Positions 1-13,600 of a stretch of 64,000 nt of DNA are shown here, in pieces. The DNA lies in assembly GCF_009914755.1 (NCBI RefSeq), contig NC_060925.1; one strand, written 5' to 3'. Source of the DNA: the human T2T-CHM13v2.0 reference genome, Homo sapiens. The notes beneath the pieces were generated by a model. The model did no database searches, was not told the DNA's origin, and saw only the letters and a program-made list of their open reading frames with translations. The position numbers were made by a program, and so were the translations under genes. The stretch's first letter is position 1. The number at the start of each line of letters is the position of its first letter.

Positions 1-10
1 GAGAACTCCT

Positions 11-37
11 TTGTTGTTGTTGTTGTTGTTGTTGTTT
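11..37 (+). repeat. (TTG)n microsatellite
   Basis: ttgttgttgttgttgttgttgttg. Confidence 0.9.
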
Positions 38-131
38 TTCAAATGCAGAAATCACTAAAAAAATAACAAAGCACACTTAAAAAAAAAAAACGAAAAACAA
101 GGCAACATGGCTCAACTAAAGGAAGAAAATA

Positions 132-422
132 GGCTGAGCACAGTGGTTCATACCTGTCATCCCAGTGCTTTGGGAGGCCGAAGCAGAAGGATAATTTGAG
201 GCCAGGTGTTCCAGACCAACCTGGGCAAGATAGCAAGACCCCCATCTCTAAAAACAATTTTTTTTAATTAGCTGGGCATAGTGGTACACCTATAGTCCTA
301 GCTACTCAGGAGGCTGAAGCAGGAGGATCACTTAGGCCCAGAAGTTGAGGTTACAATGAGCTATTATCACACCACTCCATTCCAGCCTGGGAAACAGGAT
401 GAGACCCTGTCTCAAAAAAAAA
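132..422 (+). mobile_element. AluJ inserted in the L1M 5' region
   Basis: Dimeric Alu with J-type diagnostics (gcaagacccccatctcta, ggaggatcactt) and an A tail. Confidence 0.88.
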
Positions 423-3400
423 GGAAGGGTGGTGTACATAATAAATCTTCAGAAACCAATTCTAAAGAAATGGAGATCTATTAATTATTTGACAAAGAAT
501 TCAAAATCATTGTCTTTAAGAAGCTCAATGTGCTACAAGAGGACACAAATAGACAAACTAAATAAAATCAGGAAAATGATGCATGAACAAAATGACAATA
601 TCAACAAAAAGTTAGAAACTATAATACAAGATCAAACAGAAATTCTAGAGCTGAAGACTATAATAACTGAATTTAAAATTTTACTGGAGGGGTTCAATAA
701 CAGACTTAAGCAGAAAAAAGAATCAGTGAACTCAAAAACAGGTCATTTGAAATTATTAAGTCAGAGGAACAAATAGAAAAAAGAATGAACAAAAGTGAAT
801 AAAGCCTAAGGAACTTAGAGGACCCCATAAAATAGACCAATATGTGTGTTATGAAAGTCTTAGAAGGAGAAAAGAGAAAAAAAGGAACAGAAAGCTTATT
901 TGAAAAAAATAACGGCTGAAAACTTCCTAAATCTAAAGAAGAAAATCAAAATCCAAAGTAAAGAAGCTTAAAAGACTCCAACTACAATGACCCCAAAGAA
1001 GTCAATATTGAGACAAGAAAAAGTTAAAGACAAGGAAGGAAAGAATCTTGAAAGCAGCAAGGAAACATGACTCATCACCTACAAAAGAGTTCTCATAAGA
1101 TTATCAGCAGATTTCTCAGCATAAACATTACAAGCCCAGAGGCCAAAGAGGTGATATATTCAAAGTACTGAAAGGAAAAAGAAACCATGCCAACCAAGAA
1201 TCCTTTATCTAGCAAGATTGTCCTTCAAAATGAAGGAGAAATAAAGACCTTCCCAGGTAAACAAGGTGAGGGAGTTCATCGCCATTAGATCTGCCTTATG
1301 AAAATTATAATTAAAGGACACACCAGACAGCAACATGAAAGCATACAAAAATATATAACTCTCTAGTAAAAATAAATATATAGACAAATAGAATCTTGTA
1401 ATACTATAATAGTGATGCCTAAATCATTTTAATTCTAGTATAAAACTTAAAAGATGAAAGTATAAAAATATAAGTATAATGAATACAAAATTGTAAAAGG
1501 TGAAATTCGTGATATTGCTAATACAAAGTGTGTAGGGAGAAAGAAGGTGTAATAGCGTGAAGTTTTTATATGCAACTGAGGCTTATTATCAGTCTAAGAC
1601 ATATTATTATAATTATAAAATATTTTATGTAATCCCCATTGTAGCCACAAAGCAAATAACTATAGAAGATGCACCAAAGAATATAAGAAATCAAAGAATG
1701 TCACTACAAAAACAATCAACAAAACACAAAGGAATGTAGCAAGAGAGGAAAAAAGGAACAAAGTAACTATAAGGCACACAGAAAACAATAAGAAAATGGT
1801 AATAGTAAGTCCTCTATCAGTAATTACTTTCGATGTAAATGGATTAAACTCAGCAATCAAAAGACATAAAGTAGTTAAACTGACTTATAAAAACAAGATC
1901 TAACTATATGCTGTCTACAAGAGACTCGTTTTAGACATAAGGACATACATAAATGAAAAGTAAAAGAACAGACAAAGATATTCCATGCAATAGGCTAAAA
2001 GTGATAGAATAGAAAAAGATTTTTCATGCAAATGGTAACCAAAGACAGCAAGGTGATTATATAATTATATTAGAAAAAATATACATTAAATCAAAAACTG
2101 TCACAAGAGACAAAGAAGACATTGTATAATGAAAAAAGGGTCAATTCAACAAGGAAGATATAACAATTATAAACATATATGTACCTAACAGAAGAGCACC
2201 CAGATATATGAAGCAAACATTGACAGAATTAAAGAGAAAAATAGACAGTAACATGATAAGGAAGAGAGATTTCCATACCCCACTTTCAATAATGGATAAT
2301 TAATCAAACAGAAAATCAGTAAGGAAACAGAAAACCTGAACAAGACTATAGACCAATTGGACCAAATAGACATATCTAGAATACCCTACCCAACAACAGA
2401 ATATACATTCTTCTCAAGTGCGTATGAAACATTCTTCAAGACAGATCACATGCTAGGCCATAAAATAAGTCTTAACAAATTCAAGAAGATTAAAATCATA
2501 CCAGTTACATTTTCCAACTATAAAGGAATAGAACTAAAAAGCAGCAGCAAAAGGAAAACTGGAAATTCATAAATATATGAAAATTAAACACCATACTCTT
2601 GAAGAACCAATGGGTCAAAGAAAAAATCACAGGGGAATTAGAAAATATCTTGAGACGAATGAAAATAAAGATAAAGCATGCCAAAAACTTACAGGATGCA
2701 GCAAGTGTTACTAAGACAGAAGTTTACAGCAGCACATTGCACATGCATTAAAAAAAAGAATGATCTCAAATCAATAACCTAACTTTACATGTAAAAGAAC
2801 TAGAGAAAGAACAAACTAAACCTAGAGTTATCAAAAGGAACAAAATCATAAAGATTAGAGCAAAAACAAAGGAAATAAATAATTTTTAAAATGGGGAAAA
2901 ATAAACAAAATTAAGAGTTGATTTTTTTCTTAGTTAGACTAGCTTAGAAAAATAGAGAAGCTCAAATAAAAATCAGAAATGAAAGACAAGACCTACAATT
3001 GATGACACATAAGTAAAAAGGATTATAAAAGACTACAATGAACAATTGTATGCCAACAAATTGGATAACCTAGAAGAAATTGATACATTTCTAGAAACAT
3101 ATAACCTACCAAGACTGAATCATGAAGAAATAAAAACTCTAAACAGAATTAGAGCTAGTGAGGAGATTGAATCAGTAATAAAAAACCTATCTACAAAGAA
3201 AAGCCCAGGACCACATGGATTCACTGGATAATTCTACTAAACATTTAAAGGAGAACTAACATCAATGCTTTTTAAACTTTCCCCCAAAATTGAAGAGGAC
3301 AGAACACTTCCAAAATAATTTTATGAGCCTAGCATTACCCTAATACCAAAATCAAAGATACTACAAAAAAAAAAGAAAACAAACAAACAAAAACTACAGA

Positions 3401-3644
3401 CCAATATACCTGATGAATACAGGTGCAAAAATCCTCAACAAAATACTAGCAAATGAAATTCAACAATATATTAAAAGGATTGTACAGCAAGACCAAATGG
3501 AATTTATGTTTGAAATGCAAAAATTTTGTTCAGCATATGAAAATCCATCAATATAATATCCCATGTTAACCACATGATCATCTCAATGCAGAAAAAGCAT
3601 TTGAAAAATTCAGCACCCTTTCATGATTAAAAGAAAAAACACTC

Positions 3645-3960
<316 letters not shown>

Positions 3961-6254
3961 CTAGGAATAGAAAGAAATTACCTCAATATAGTAAAGACCA
4001 TATATAAAAGGCCCATAGCTAACATTATGCTGAATGGTGAAAAACTGAAAGCTTTCCCTCTAAGATCAGGAACAAGGTATGCATGCTCTCTCTCACCAGT
4101 CTATTCGGTATAATACTGGAAGTCCTTGCCAGAGGACAAGGGAAAGAAACAAAAGTCATCCAAACTAACATTATTTCTGTTTGCAGACAACCTGATCTTG
4201 TATGTGGAAAACCCTAAGGATTCCACACGTACATACAAAACTGTTAGAACTAATAAACAATTTCAGCAAAGTTGCTGGATATAAAATCAACACACAAAAA
4301 TAAGTTGCATTTCTATACATGAACAATGAACAATCTAAAAAGGAGATTTGTTTTGTTTTTTATCTTTCTCCTCATCTTGTCTTTCATTTACAATGGCATC
4401 AAAAGGAATAAAATACTTAGAAATACGCTTTACTGAGGAGGCAAAAGACTTGTGAACTGAAAACTATAGAACATTGCTTACAGATATTAAAGAAAACACA
4501 AATAAATGGAAAGACATTCCATGTCCATGAGTTGGAAGACTTAATGTTGTTAAAATGCTCATATTTTCCCAAAGTGATCTTCAGATTCGATGCAATCCCT
4601 ATCAAAACCCCAATGGCACATTTTGCAGAAATAGAAAAAGCCATTCTAATATTTATATGGAATCTTAAAGGACCCCAAATAGCCAAAACAAATCTGAGAA
4701 AGAAAAACAAAGCTGAAGGCCCCACACTTCCTAATTTCAAAACACATTGCAAAGCTACAGTAATCAAAACAGTATAGCATTGGACTAAAGAAAGACAAAT
4801 AGACCAGTGAAACAGAATAGAAACCTCAGAAATAAATATATTGTCAAATGGTCTTTGACAAGGGTGTCAAACCTACAAAATGGGGAAAGAATGGCCTCTT
4901 TAACAAATGTTGTTGGGAAAACTGGATATCTACATGCAGAAGAATAAAGTTGGACCCTTACCATATACCATATATAAAAATTAACTCAAAATGGAATAAG
5001 ATCTAAAAGCAAGACCTGAAACTATAAAATTCCTAGAAGAAAACATAAAAGGAAAGCTTTATGACATTGGATTTGGCAAAGATTTCTTGGATATGACAAC
5101 ACAAGCACAGGCAACAAAAGCAAAAATAGACAAACGAAACTACATCAAACTTAAGAACTTCTGTGCAGCAAAGGAAATAGTCAACAGAATGGAAAGGCAA
5201 CCTAAGAAATGGGAGAAAATATTTGCAAACCATATTATCTGGTGAGTGGCTATTACAGAATATACAGAGAACTCCTCTAACTCAACAATAACTGAATGAA
5301 TAATCTGATTTTAAAATGAGCAAAGGACTTTAATAGACATTTCCCCAAAGAAGATAGACAAATGGCTGACAAACATATGAAATTATGTTCAACATTACTA
5401 ACCATTAGGGAAATGAAATTTAAGCCACCATGAGATATCACCTCACACCTGTTACAATAGCCACCATCCACAAAACAGAAAATGGCAAGTGTTGGTGAGG
5501 ATGTGCAGAAACTGGAATCCTTGTGCATTGTTGGTGGGAGTGTAAAATGGTACAGCTGCTATAAAAAACAGCATGGAAGATCCTCAAAAATATAAAAATA
5601 GAATTACCATCTGATTCAACAACCTATTTCTGGGTCTATATCCAAAAGAAATTGAAAACAGGATCTCTAAGAGATATTTGTATACCAATGTTCATTGCAG
5701 CAATTATTCACAATGGACAAGAGGTAGAAACAACCTAAATGTACCTACATGGATGAATGGATAAAGAGTATGTGGTACATACATACAATTGAATATTACT
5801 CCACCTTTAAAAAAGGAAGGAAATCTTTTCATATGCTACAACATGAATGAACCTTGAAGACATTATATGAAGTGCAATAAACCAACAATAAATAAGTCAT
5901 TAAACCTATAAATAAGTCACAAGAAGATATTACTGCATGATTCCATTTATATGAGATATTTAAAATAGACTCTCAGAAACAGAAATTAAGATGGTGATTG
6001 TCATGGGCTGGGGGAAAGGAGAGTTGTTGCTCAATGGGTGTAGCGTTGTTGCAGTTTTGCAGAATGAAAAAGTTCTAGAGTTCTATGTGCACAATAAGGC
6101 ACATATAGTTAACACTACTGTGCTGTATAGTTAGTGGTTAAGACAGTAAATTTTATATTATGTGTTCCTTACTACAGTGAAGAAACGAGGGGCATGGGAG
6201 TTTGTGTAAGATTTATACAGAGCAATATGAGGTGTATAGTAGGACAACAATTAA

Positions 6255-6589
<335 letters not shown>

Positions 6590-6649
6590 TAGAAGAAAAT
6601 AAAACATGGTCCCCCTCCTGCCATATGCCCAGCGAGGCATTTCCAACCA

Positions 6650-6860
6650 CCCATTCTCTGCTTTATTTTTTTTAGGAGCTCTTACCACCCAACATATTAC
6701 ATATTTACTAACGTATTTGTTTATTTTCTTTGAATAACCAGACATGCAGACTCCCAGAAGACAGGAATTTCTTTCTTTCTTGTGTATTACTGAATCCTCA
6801 GAATCAAGAAGAGTGTGTGCCTACATGAGGTGCACAATGAATAGTTGTTGAATGAATGAG
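6650..6860 (+). mobile_element. L2 3' end fragment
   Basis: Ends in the L2 terminus ...atgaatagttgttgaatgaatga. Confidence 0.65.
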
Positions 6861-7225
6861 CGAATGTGGAGGTTAGGAGAGCCAAAGGGCAGCTGAAGTC
6901 TGGGGTTTTCTCCTATGTTCTTCCATCTACTTGGGGAAGATAGAAAAGAGGAGAGGGAGGAAGACATGTAACAGACTAGGAAGGACAGATGTCTTTTCAT
7001 TGGGCTTGTGGGGGCAGCCAGATCAGCTTGAGAAGTACGAAGGATGAGGAAGATCCATCTACTATACAGTCCCTGTCCCGGGTCTCTTCTGCTTAAGCAA
7101 AAGATGGAGGCTATGACCACTAGGTCTTGCCAGTTTGGTGTAGCTGTTACTGAATCAAGAGACTCTACCTGTTAGAATAAAAAGTCTTCATTGTTCCCAC
7201 TTTTTATATCCTAGGTCAGTGGGTC

Positions 7226-7335
7226 AGTGCTTCTCAAACTTTAATGTGCATACAAATCACCTTGGCATTTAGTAGGTCTGGGTGGGGCTTGAAAACCTGC
7301 ATTTCTAATAAGCTTCCAGGTGATACTGATATAAA
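7226..7335. mobile_element. MER5-type hAT-Charlie MITE
   Basis: cagtgcttctcaaactttaatgtgcatacaaatcacct...ctgcatttctaataagcttccaggtgat. Confidence 0.75.
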
Positions 7336-7350
7336 TTCTTGCTTATAGTG

Positions 7351-7480
7351 GCTGGTTCTCAACCATGTGGCACCTGGGAAGCTTTGTAAAATCACAGTGT
7401 CCCAATTAAATTAAATTAATTAAAATTAGCCCTCTGGGAGTGGGACCCTGGCTATGGTATGGCCGAGGTTGAGAACCAGC
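7351..7480. mobile_element. MER5A1-like MITE with perfect 14-bp terminal inverted repeats
   Basis: gctggttctcaacc (7351-7364) / ggttgagaaccagc (7467-7480). Confidence 0.75.
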
Positions 7481-7797
7481 ACTCCAGGGGCTCTTCCAAG
7501 GTCGCTAACTCTAATGGAAGCCATTGTTTTGGACCCTGTAGGCCTTCTTTCCAGCTGTTGTCCCCTTTCTCCACAACCTCAGGACTGCTGAGACTTCACT
7601 ATTGCTGCTGAGCGTCTGCTGAGAGCCATAGGTGAACACAGGCACGCCTTGATCTTGGATATACAATAGGGTTAGTTAACACTCTCAGGCAGCTGGAAGG
7701 AATTTTTCTGGTTTTTTTTTTTTTTTCTACCTCCTGACTTCCACTTTTCATCTCTCTTTCCAGCTGGTAGGAAAATATCCTCTTCCAGTCTAGCAGA

Positions 7798-8005
7798 ACA
7801 ACGGTTCTAAATTTGGGGGCGATTTTGTTCCCGGGGATATCTGGCAACGTCTGGAGACATTTTTAATTATCACAACTCAGAGTAGGGGGCCGCTACTGGC
7901 AGCTGGTGGGTGGATTCTGAAGAGGCTGCTAAACTTCCCATGATGCACAGGACAGTGCTCCAGAACAGTGTCCAGCCCAAAATGCCCAAGGCTGAGAAAC
8001 CGTGC
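7798..8005. mobile_element. MER20 hAT-Charlie element
   Basis: gggggcgattttg...tggcaacgtctggagacattttt...gctgctaaac...atgcacaggacag...aaggctgagaaacc. Confidence 0.85.
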
Positions 8006-8238
8006 AGGAGAAGGGAGACCCACAGCTGAGCCTTTGGGGCACCTTTTTCATCTTTACCAAGCTACCCTCTCCTCCAGGCACCGAGGTCCGGGATCTGCAG
8101 GGGACAAAATGGGATGGGCTGCGTCCAAGAGTAGCCTCCTGCTGTATCCAGAACCTCTGTCTTTTCTTACCCTCAAGCAGCAGGGCCCTCCCTGTCCAGC
8201 CCACTCCACTAATCCTCTTCCTCATGCAAAGTGGGTGA

Positions 8239-8408
8239 ATTTCCTCTCTGGTGCTAATTTATCTCCCTCAGTGTTTTAATTTTCATAGAACCTCCTCCCA
8301 CCCATTATAAAGGTCTACCTATTTCCTCTCTGGTGTTACTTTATCTCCCCCAGAGTTTTAATTTTCATAGAGCCTCCTCCCACCTATTACACAGGTCCAC
8401 CTATTTCC
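8239..8408 (+). repeat. Two-copy 82-bp tandem duplication
   Basis: Unit atttcctctctggtg...aggtc(t/c)acct starts at 8239 and 8321, with a third atttcc at 8403. Confidence 0.9.
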
Positions 8409-8750
8409 ATACCCCATCTGTGCTCAGGATTCAAGTTCTTTCTCATGAAATTCCTACACCCATGCAAATCAGGGCTGGGGCCAGTCATCCTGAAAGTTCT
8501 TTGAGAGGTGAAGGGCATCTTACCAGGGGACAGAGAGGCCCACTAGAGGGAGGATAGCCTGATCCCCAAATGCCTTCCTAATCCCATCTCAATGGCAACT
8601 CGGGCAAGACACCCTGTCATATATGTCCTGGGCACTTGCTAGGTGAAGGCCCTGCTTTAAGTGCTTTGCCTCATGAAATTCTCCCAAGAGTCCTGGCAGG
8701 TAGGTGCTAAGGTCATCCCCATATGTAATGAGCAGCCTGAGGTTAAGTGG

Positions 8751-9570
8751 TGCTATTTTTGTCTGTAGTTCCTGTAGTTCCTAACTCCTAAAATCCTTGG
8801 GATCTCCCAAGTGCTGTCTTTCTTTTGTGTGATAGGTTCAAAGTGGGGCTGATCACTGGAAAGAATAAGGCAGGATTAGAGGGTTGGGACTTAACAGCTC
8901 CACTCCTGAACCTCCGGGAAAGGGACAGGGGCTGAAGGTTAAGTTGATCACCAATGGCCAATGGCTTAATTAATCATGCCTACGTAATGAAGCTTCCCTA
9001 AAAACCCAAGAGGACGGGGTCCAGAGAGCTTCCAGAGAGCGGAACACGTGGAGATTCCTGGAGGTTTGTGTGCCCAGGGAGGGCATGGAAGCTCCAAGCC
9101 CCTCCCCCTACACCTTGCCCTACACACCTCTTCATCTAACGTTCATCTGTATCCTTTGTATATCCTTTATAACAAACTGGTAAACGTATGTGTTTCCCTG
9201 ACTTCTGTGAGCTACTCCAGCCAATTAATCAAACTTAAAGGGGGGGGGTTGTGGGAACCCCAACTTGAAGCCAATTGGTCAGAAGTTCTGGAGGTTTGGA
9301 CATGTGACTGGTGTCTGAAGCGGGGGGGAGTCTCGGGAACTGAGCCCCCAACCCATGGGATGTGACTCTATCATCAGGTAGATAGGGTAGGAGTTGAATT
9401 GGAGGATGCCTGGCTGGTGTCCACTGCTTAATGTGTGGAGAAAAAAAACCCACACTTTTGGTCACAGAAGTCTTCCTCTGTATTGATGATTGTTGTTGTG
9501 TTGGTGGTGGCTGTGTGAGAGCAGAAAAAAAAAACAACAACATGGCTTAAGAGAGCTTTTCCCTAAACAG
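8751..9570 (+). mobile_element. MER21A-like LTR nested within a MIR (MIR halves ~8620-8750 and ~9575-9680)
   Basis: ggggctgaaggttaagttgatcaccaatggccaatg...aatcatgcctacgtaatgaagc...gagggcatggaagctcc is typical MER21; the MIR core resumes after it. Confidence 0.8.
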
Positions 9571-11223
9571 TAAGAGACCAAGTAAGTTGTCCAAGGTCAT
9601 ACAACTAGGAAGTAGTAGAGTAAGGTTGTGAACACAGGCAGCTTAGGTCCAGAACCCATGGGTTTAACCACTACACTGTACAGTCCCTTATGTGCTTGAC
9701 ATTGACAATAACCCAGGCAGGCTTGGATTCTGCTGTTGGTTTTGAAGATGGAATCCAGTTCCTCAAAGGCAAAATAATCTTCCAAAATCACTCAGCTAGT
9801 AAGTCATGGTCCTGGGATTCAAATCCAAAACAGAAATTCCATGCTTAGGCCAAGGAAGGAAATTATAAGCTTTAGAAGATGGCACCATTTATCCATTCAT
9901 TCATTCATTCATTCATCCATCCATCATGCACTCAGCACACATATATTGATGCTTCCTGCCAGTGAGGCTTGTTCTGTGAGCTGAGGATCCAGAGAAAATT
10001 CAACCATTTTGAATTTATGTCTGCTTGGAACTCACATAAAATTTGGGGGACATGCCACAGGCTGGTGGGTGGACTAGGAGAAAGGGAAGGGCATAGGAGT
10101 GCAGAGGAGTCCATTTACACTTGTCTTCTGGGAGACTGGACAGATATGGGGATAGGGTCTGGAGAAACCCAAGGGTCCACTGCTCATGCCATCGGCTAGT
10201 CACCTGGGTCAGATGATCCAGGTGACACCCTGCCTCCTGGTGCACACTTGCACACTTTCATGTTGCCTTGTTTTCTCCCCATTTGTCTTCTCATGGGCTT
10301 GCTCAGAACTTCCCATTCATAAGCACAGCATGGGGAGAAACAAGAAGGGGTCTGTGCTCCCCCAGTGGATCAATGCGAGGTTGGCATCCCAACTTATCAT
10401 TCCAAGGTCCCAGAGAGAAACCAAATTGTAACTGTCAGGAACACAACAGAACTGTCAAAAGCAGACAAAATCAGCCACATAAATTGTGAAACAAAAGTCA
10501 CAGTTCTATTTGTTCTGCAAGAGTGAACATCTCACATTTTTTTGTAAAGATGGAAAATAAAAACAAAGACCAACTAGGGGCATTGCAAGCATTTCATCTC
10601 TGTGGAGAAACCCACCACCAGAAAATCTCAGTTTCCATCAATGCCCCCTCCCCATAAATCTATGTCTACTTCCATGACTTCGATTCAGTAAACACTCAGG
10701 GAGTCTTACAATGGGAATGAGTGTGTCAATCATCAGAAATGATTATGACCCAGTCCCTGCCCTTGACCATCATATATCCAGCTAACGTAATTAGAATAGA
10801 GCCAGGCCAGACCAAATAAAGAAGGCCAACTCAGGGAGTGACAAATCCCTCTATAGTGGAATCAGGGATGGCTTCCTGGCAGAGGTAACATCTGCATTGG
10901 GTCTTAAAAGATGAATAAAATTTCACAAGTGGAAAAGGGAGGGAAGGAAACTTCAGAGACAGGGGAAGACAGATATAAATGCACAGAAGCTGAGGCAGGT
11001 AGAGAGGGAAGGACATGGCATAAGAGGTACTTTGGAAGTCAAATCTCCATTTTGTGCAACAACCAGGCTGGGAAGGTTAGCCCTTGGCCAGGGAAACTTG
11101 CCCTGCCATCAGGCATATGGGGCTCCTTCATTTGGACGGCAGGTATGGCGCTCACATGTGCTCCAGGGCACACACAGGTAGGCCGTGCACAGATGGTGCA
11201 AGCACACTTCCCATCAACCTTGG

Positions 11224-11224
<1 letters not shown>

Positions 11225-11264
<40 letters not shown>
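11225..11264 (+). repeat. (TG)20 microsatellite
   Basis: Pure TG run. Confidence 0.97.
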
Positions 11265-11266
<2 letters not shown>

Positions 11267-11499
11267 GGCAGCAATTTGGCAGGCCGTTCTGCAGAAGCCC
11301 TGCAGCACCGTGGTTGCTCACCAAAATAGCATCAAGCAATTTAGGTCAGGAAGTAAGGACTGTGTTATTATTACTAGTTACTGAAGTTATTTAATAAGAA
11401 TGTCACATCCAATTGAGACCATGGTGGGAACTGTCAGCAGGAAGAATGTAATTACACTAACTGGAGGTGCTCCACAGATCCACACAGAGGTGGACTCTC

Positions 11500-11965
11500 C
11501 CCCAGCCCCACTGTCTTCTGGAAGGAATTTCTTTAGGTGAGGCCATCATGCCAGGCCCCAGAAGAGCCAGACATGCTGCTCCAGTTCAGGCCCCGGGAGG
11601 GCTTTTGAGGGGGAGATCTCCAGGACCCAGTGGGGGTCTGTTCAGTGACACCATCCATGACCTGACATCCTAGTGATATTCAGAAGGGAGAGGGTTGTGA
11701 AGCCCCAGCCTCACTTCTTCAGCTCCAAAGAAAATCCAACAGACATCACTGCAGGGCATGGGAAGGCCAAGAGTCCGTTCCACCCATGCCCTCATCCAGA
11801 CCCACTCCAGTTGCCCACAGCAGTAGCTGGGTTGGAGACAAACCCTTTACTGATGACTCTCCCTTACCATTCCTCAACTGGTATTTCTTGGACCACCTCC
11901 AATTTAAACTACTTACACTTAATCCTTGTCTCAGGTCTGCCTCCGGGGAGCTCAACCTAAGGCAC
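11500..11965 (+). mobile_element. LTR16-like ERVL LTR (5' boundary uncertain)
   Basis: 3' end aaactacttacacttaatccttgtctcaggtctgcctccggggagctcaacctaaggca resembles the LTR16-family terminus. Confidence 0.6.
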
Positions 11966-12469
11966 TTCCGGCAGCTCCCAATCCATTCCCTAGAAAATAA
12001 AGCCGAGCTCTTCCCCACAGCCCTGGACTCTGGCTGAGCCCACCTAGCACATACCTCCTGCTGCTGGTTGAGACCTGAACTAAACTACCTCCCTGTAATG
12101 GGGCTAGGCAGAACCCAAGGATCCTTGCCCATGAGCACAGGCTCTGTGATCCTCTAAGGCCACGGTTATGGGAGGTGGCACAGCTGAAGCATTTCATGGG
12201 GGGCCCAGCCTGCAGCCACTGCCCATCCCCCAAGTATTATGTGTGGGACACAAAAGGTGCTGTGCTCCCATTTTGCTTCAAAATCTACACCCTTTGGGAT
12301 TTCTAAGAGTCCTGTGCCCTCGCTCCCTTGTAGCAGCAGTTAGACACCCAGACGAGGGAGATGGGGAGGGCTGGGAGACACTGCAGGAGGGAGTGGAGTG
12401 GGAAAGAACACTGATTCTCGCTGTCAGGGGCATCACAGCTAGCAAGGCAGGCTGTCCTTGTGGCCAGGA

Positions 12470-12860
12470 GGAAGGAAACGGAGGCAAGGAGAGACTCGGG
12501 GAGAGAGAGAGACATAGATGGGGAGAGAGAGAGACATAGATGGGGAGAGAGACGGGCAGGGGAGGGAATAGGGACACAGAGACAGGACCCACAGAGACAG
12601 CCAGGTAGAAAGAAAGACAGAGCAGAGAAAATCAGGGACTCAAAGAAAAGAACAGGCAGTAAGAGAGATGGGCAGATAGAAAAAGAGACACAACGGCAGA
12701 TAGAGAGTGAGACCGCAAGCCAGGGAGATGCAAGAGGACAGAAAAAGAAACAGAGAGACGGAAAAGTGACAGAGACACAGGCAAGAGGCAGACAGGAACA
12801 GAGAGACCAGATAGGGATAGCGGAAGGCAACGAGGGCATGACCCAGAGTGAGACACCAAG
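12470..12860 (+). repeat. GA-rich low-complexity tract with an internal 22-bp tandem (ggggagagagagagacatagat) at ~12498-12552
   Basis: Directly visible. Confidence 0.85.
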
Positions 12861-12929
12861 AAGCCACGCACAGCTTCACAACAAAGGCTCCGTCAGCGGC
12901 ATCCGACCCCCCAGGTCCCCATGGGAGCT

Positions 12930-13600
12930 AAGTGGAAGAACCAGAGACTGAGTATGGACTATTTGAGGAACTTAGCTTTAAATGGCAAAGAACAGGGCGG
13001 CAGCCAGAGAGGAGTTCAGGGCCCAAAAAGCTTCTACCTTCTATTTTGAACCTGTTTTAAATTCAAGGAGTGAAGTCAGTGGAGAAGAAAAATAAAATGG
13101 GAGGGTAGAGGGGAGAGAAGGGGCATATCACAAAGAAGACAGATGGAAGAAAGGGGTCCTGGGCTCTGGGAACTGGGGACTGTGGGAGAGACCCCACCTC
13201 TTCCTCCAGGAGTGAGGGGAGGAGGAGTGGCTGCAGAAGCAGGTAACCACAGGTAGGAGGAGGATGTGGAAGTCCATTCTGATGGTCTGCCTGTTCTCAG
13301 TGAGGTACCAGGGTAGTCATCCTGTGATGGAACCAGGGATTTGTGCCTTGGAATGGCCACTCTTAGGATTAGGACAGGAAGCTGACCAGGTGGCCGATAG
13401 AAAGATAGTTAAGGGGTGCTGGGCGTAGGTTAGAGATGTGAGTTCGCAGTGGCAGCAGGATTCATAGTCCAGGTGGCAGGCCCAGAGCTGAGTTGCAGGA
13501 CTGACCCAGGGCTGGAGCGTGTAGAGACTGAGGGTCCTAGTGGGACAGTGGTTCAAGGGATGCACAGTGGAGACTGGCCGGCCTTGGTAACCAAGGAAAG
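12930..13600 (-). mobile_element. L2 fragment
   Basis: Purine-rich degenerate sequence resembling antisense L2 (e.g. ttctgatggtctgcctgttctcagtgagg). Confidence 0.5.

Noticed and set aside
12303-12951. Overlapping 160-180 aa ORFs on both strands
   Set aside because: Product of GA/TC low complexity.
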